This document shows, piece after piece, positions 58,927 through 64,000 of a stretch of DNA of 64,000 nucleotides. Location: NCBI RefSeq assembly GCF_009914755.1, contig NC_060930.1; one strand, 5' to 3'. The stretch is from the human T2T-CHM13v2.0 reference genome, Homo sapiens. How positions within the stretch are numbered: the stretch's first letter is position 1; each line of letters begins with the position of its first letter. Both the position numbers and the translations under genes were made by a program. The notes under the pieces are model-generated. The model saw only the letters and a list, made by a program, of their open reading frames with translations. It was not told the DNA's origin and ran no database searches.

Positions 58927-59551
58927 TTACTTTTGTTTCAACTTTTATTTTAGGTTCAGGGGATACGTGTGCAAGTTGGTCATATGGATAAATTGTGTGA
59001 CACTGAGGTTTGCGGTATGAATGATCCCATTACTCAGATAGTGAGCATAGTACCCAATAGGTGGTATTCCAATCTCATACTCCCTGCTTCCCTCCCTCCT
59101 CTGGGAGACTCCAGCATCTGTTATACCCACCTTTAAATCTATGTGTACTCAATGTTTAGCTCCCACTTATAAGTGTTAAATATGTGGTATTTGGTTTCCT
59201 GCTCATGTGTTAAAATGCTTAGGATAATGGCCTCCTGGTGTGTCCATACTGCTGTAAAAGATGTGATTTTGTTTTATCGTATGGTGACATAGTATTCTAT
59301 GGTGTATACATACCACATTTTCTTTATCCCATCCACTATTGATGTGCATCTAAGTTGATACCATGTGTTTGATATTGTGAATAGTGCTGTGATGAACATA
59401 CAAGTGAATGTGTCTTTTTGGTGGAATGATGTATTTTCTTTTGGGTATATATCCAATAATGGGATTGCTGTGTCAAACGGTGGTTCTCTTTTAAGTTCTT
59501 TATCTCCAAAATATTTTTCCAGTAGCTGAACTAATTTACATTCCAACCAAC
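58927..59551 (-). mobile_element. 5'-truncated L1PA15/16-like 3' end nested in the L1MB
   Basis: CAACTTTTATTTTAGGTTCAGGGGATAC..ATGAATGATCCCAT..GTGAGCATAGTACCCAATAGGT; ORF2 C-terminal scrap 59274..59546. Confidence 0.88.
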
Positions 59552-62500
59552 GCTTTGTCTTTATACTACTCTAATTTCAGAGAGATATAAAATTTTACTT
59601 CTATGTAGTTCTTCCCGTTTTTTGTGCTACTATTGCTATACATATTACATTCATATATGTTAAAAGCTTAAAAGTTAAAAAAGAAAATCCAAAAGTACAC
59701 TTTTATTATTACTTTATAGGATCTTATACCTCCTAAATAAGCTGAAAGATCAATAATATATTTATAGAGCTTTACATTAACTTTTTTATTTACCCATTCT
59801 TGTTCATTTCTTCTGTAGATGCTTTTTAGTGTCATTTCATGACAGTAGCCCTTTGTTCCCACCTGCCTTCTTTGTGCTATTATTTTCAAACATATTGCAT
59901 TCCTATATATTACAGACTCCACATTTCATTACATCATTTAAAGGTATTGCTTTTTTTCTTATAAAACAACTAAGAGAAAGAAAGAGAAGTATGCAAATTA
60001 ATGTGTATTTTATAAAATTATAAAATAACTTTTTCAGTGTTTTGTCACATGAATTCAAAGTACTGTCTTGTACCCCTTGTTTTCACCCTGAAGAAATTTA
60101 ATAATTCTTCTAAGATGAGTCTGCTAGAAACAAATTCTCTCATTTTTTGTTATTTGGGTATGTATTTAATTCATAAAAATGTCTCTTCCAGTTTATGACT
60201 GATATTCCTTCTCTTATTCCATGCTCAAGTCAGCATATATCTTACAACTGCCTTCTGGCCTTCATTGTTTCTGATGAAAAGTCAGCTGTTTTATCATTAG
60301 GATTTCCTCAAATATGATAAGTCATTCTTTTCTCTTACTGCTTTTATGATTTTTTTCATCTTTGTCATCCAACATTTTTATTATGACTAACATTGAATCA
60401 ACCTGTGAATATCTTTGAGTTCAGATTGGAGTTTGCTTAGTTTTTTGACTATATGGCTTAATGTTTCTTTTAACCAATTTTGAAATGTTTTAGCCATTAT
60501 GATTTGAATTTTTTTTCTGCTTCTTTCCCTTTCTTCTCTATTTCTGGTATTCTTATTATGCAGATGTTAGTATGTTTATGGCATTCCACAATTCTCTGAG
60601 GCTCTTCACATTTTTTATTAATTTTTATGTCAATTTTTCACTCTGTATGATCTCTGTTGATTTATATTCAAATACAATGATTCTTTCTTCTGCCAGGTGA
60701 AATCTACTTTTTCCCCCTCTAGTAAATTTTTTACTTCACTTATTAAAGTTTTCAATTCCAGAATTTTTTCAAATGTTAATTTCCTTATTGATAGTCTTTC
60801 TTTGATAAGACGTTGTCATTATTCCTTTCTATAATTCTTTATACGCTGTTTCCTTTAGTTTATGAGCTTATTTATAAAAGTGGCTTGAAAGACTTTTTTT
60901 TAAGTCTAGCAAATGGACTCCCCAAAGGCTATTTTTATTGCCTGATTTTTTTCGTCTCTCTATGCATCATGCTTTCCATTTCTTTGTATATCTTATAGTT
61001 TTTTTTCCTTTTGTTGCTGAAAACTGGACATTTTTGAAAATACATTTTAGTAATTCTGGATATAGATCTCCTTCTGGAGCTTGTCATTTGCTCTGATCCC
61101 AGAAGGGCTCATTTTAGCTATCTCTTTCCTTAGGTTCCTCTGTTAAACTTCTAGCTGGCCAACTGCTTGGCTTATTTCTACAAATATTATGGACCTGGCA
61201 GCCTTCTCTTTATTGTTCACCACCCAGACCTTTATTGCTTTTGACAATATCCTTAGGCATGTACTTCCTTACGGTTTCTTTCAATAATATAATTTCCCTT
61301 CAGTAGAGCTGCAGATCTCTCTGCCTCTTCTTCTAGGCTGAATCTCTGCATAACTGCACCAGAGCTGGGGTAAGGAAGAACAACAATCTTTACTCAGAAA
61401 GGCACTTCTTTTTCATTAATGGGTTACTCAGAGGAGATGTTAGGCTTTAGTCTTCTGAGTTTACCTCTACTAGTATAGAACCTCTACCCTATGAGCTATC
61501 TGGGCAAGGACAATCAGGGACCAATATTCTTGGCCTGCTAAGCATGGGTTTGAGCTTCTGCCCTACAAGTGGGAGATGTGTCAGGGAAAGGAGCTTCATT
61601 CCTCTCAAATGGACTGGAGCTATCTGCAATAGAGAGTCTGACATATAAAATTGTAAGCAAAAGGAATGAAAGCTACTTGTGGCCTGCTTCTCCAAAGGGG
61701 AAACTATAGCTCTAGTCAAGGAATTTGAGGTAGAGTGAGCTCTGTTCTTGTCTACACGAACTCAGTGTAAGGCTTCTGTTACACAGAACTTACAAATGGG
61801 GAGCAAAGGGAGCAGGTAATAGCTCAAATGCTACCAACTTTCTGTTCTTATCAAGTTTTAGTCAATTTTCTTCAATCAACATTTTTCTGTATGGTTGCAT
61901 GATTTTAAGACAATTTCCAGATATATTAAATGATTCTTAGTGCTTTTTTTCTTTTATACTTTTAACCAGTTAAAATGGTTGTTTGATTGGTGAGAGGGTA
62001 CACCAGCCTTCTCATACATACCACCTTACTGAAGTCTTACTCTCACCACCAAAAACAAAGGGGAACTCAGGTCCAATTTCAAGTCCTTTCATATCAGATG
62101 TTCTAATTCTTTTTTTTATAAAAACATGTAGATAAACTTCATATCTGTGCTTTTTGATATCACTGCATTGTCCTGTTGTCAGTCAGTACAAGGTAGTTAA
62201 GGAGATGGCTAGAAAAGCTATTTACTTCTTCAAAGATACTTGAAATATACTGCAGATGGCAGTGGTATCTGTTATCTGAAAGAAACCTCAAGTGAGTCAC
62301 AGATTGGAAATCAAACGGAATAACTAATTTGGGGTTTTAACTGTCTTCTGTTGTTTGATTCAGTAAGTTTTCTGTTCCACATAAGTCCTCTTTTTCATCC
62401 ACAGATACCCACTATAATCATTCCCATCTTGCTGATTACTGGCATTTAAGGAGGCCCTATATCTAAGACGTACGGATTCATATTAAAAATACTTGCTGAC

Positions 62501-63479
62501 ATTGTTTCCTTGACATTGAGATACTGTGTTTATTGTCTCCAAAAAAGATTACTACCTTTCTTTTTCCTCTGCTCTTTAGGATAACTAATTTCTTTAAATG
62601 CAGCCTACAGGAAACATCGCTGGATGAATTCTAACAGAATCCAGGTCTTCTGAAAAGATGATTTCCATTTAAATTCTCATTAGTGGATTTCCATGAGGGT
62701 TCAGTTTTATGTTGGGGGACTTTAAGGCCTTGGAAACACTGGGCCACATATTCACATTTCTAATAATTTCCAGTGATCTAACAATAGAGAATCACTGTTC
62801 TATTAATAAATAACATTGAAATCCACATTTGAAAAAACACTTGCCATGCTGTGTTAAGGAAACTTGCTGTGTGAGACATAAGTTTAACACTAGGAAAATA
62901 AATACAATCATGCTTTTTACATGAATCTCATGGCCAGTTGCTTTGGAGTTTTTAAACATGATATATGTCAGTAAAATAAGTACTTAAACTGTCATTTTAG
63001 CCATTGGTGCTATGATTATAATTGTTATAAAATATACACGTGTTTGAAGGTATAACATAATTTATATTAAGAAACTACATTGACTAGCATAAAGGAAAGT
63101 GATTACAAATATTTAGTAAAACTCCAGTAGCAGCATGAAATTTACACAGTACTTTTAGTATTCATTGAATGTATACTTTTTAAATTTTCCCTTCAACTGA
63201 AAGGTGATTTGGGCTTAGTTAGAATAGTCTCACCTTAGATAATCCAATTAGATAATAATGAGAAGTAGGTTCACTTATTTTATTATCTAAACATATCTCT
63301 ATGAAGTAATAACAAGTATAGAAACAGTATTATAGTAATGTCATGATGACCATACCTGTGCAGGAAACATAATATTCAGGTATTTATCAGTCTATTTTAT
63401 TTACCAATCTCTTCTAAATCAAACTAGTAATATTTTATACTGTTTCATATATGTCAAAAAAAATTATTGTAGTCCAGAG

Positions 63480-63841
63480 AAATCTTGTGACTTTACACAT
63501 GCTTTTCCCTTGTCTGAAATGCCTTTTCTTCCTTCTGTAATTTCCTGTTTCACAACAGATACAGGTGTATCCCACCTTCTCTATGAAGTCCACCTCTTCT
63601 CCAAATGTAATTGCCTCTTTCTCTAACTTACTTTGGCATTGTGTAGGCAACTTTGGCTTTAAGATATTGTATTATACTGTAATTTTTTATATTAAACTGT
63701 ACTTTTTTACTCATGCATACACATTGAACTTTGCCTTTTAACTTCAAATTCCTAAATGTTAGATGCTGCATTTCATTTTATATCCCTAAATAGCTTCAAT
63801 GCCTGACACAGTAAAAGTGCACATTGAATGTTTGTGAAAAT
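63480..63841 (+). mobile_element. L2 3' region
   Basis: CACATGCTTTTCCCTTGTCTGAAATGCC..CACCTTCTCTATGAAG..ATGCCTGACACAGTA..AATGTTTGTGAA. Confidence 0.7.
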
Positions 63842-64000
63842 ACTTTCTTCATACACTATATTTAAATTTTATTAATGTATTCTATCTAGTGAAAATAGTT
63901 TTTTGGACCTATTTCAGTTATTGTACTCCTTAACATTTACTGATTGTTTGCTGTTTGCATGGGGACTTCACAATTCCTCTTCAGATAGTTTCCATGGTAA

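Noticed and set aside
62552-62650. Plus-strand acceptor CTTTCTTTTTCCTCTGCTCTTTAG at 62579
   Set aside because: No convincing downstream donor or reading frame; isolated acceptors are common.

Overview
AT-rich, gene-poor primate genomic DNA, probably human or ape (AluY and L1PA4-like elements present), dominated by transposable elements. I find no credible host protein-coding exon, RNA gene or CRISPR array; the protein-like ORFs are decayed retroelement pieces or microsatellite artefacts. Main landmarks: a full THE1C (MaLR) provirus with an inverted solo THE1 LTR and an AluSc nested inside (8.6-11.6 kb); an MLT2A1 LTR inserted into an Alu (13.0-13.8 kb); a full-length dead L1PA4/5-like LINE with an open antisense ORF0 (28.7-34.8 kb); an L1PB4-like LINE hit twice by HERV-L and then deleted across one junction (37.6-45.7 kb); a deleted two-LTR ERVL relic carrying a MER96B (46.3-48.2 kb); and a long old L1MB on the minus strand (54.6-62.0 kb). 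I cannot support a new biological system from this sequence alone. The best leads are (i) hints of a minus-strand host transcript (retroelement strand bias, a non-coding exon candidate whose donors sit in a hairpin, and an AG|GTAAGT recursive-splice-like site) and (ii) a cluster of DUX4/embryonic-genome-activation-type LTRs. Subfamily names come from recalled consensus sequences, not a database run, and boundaries of old repeats are approximate.
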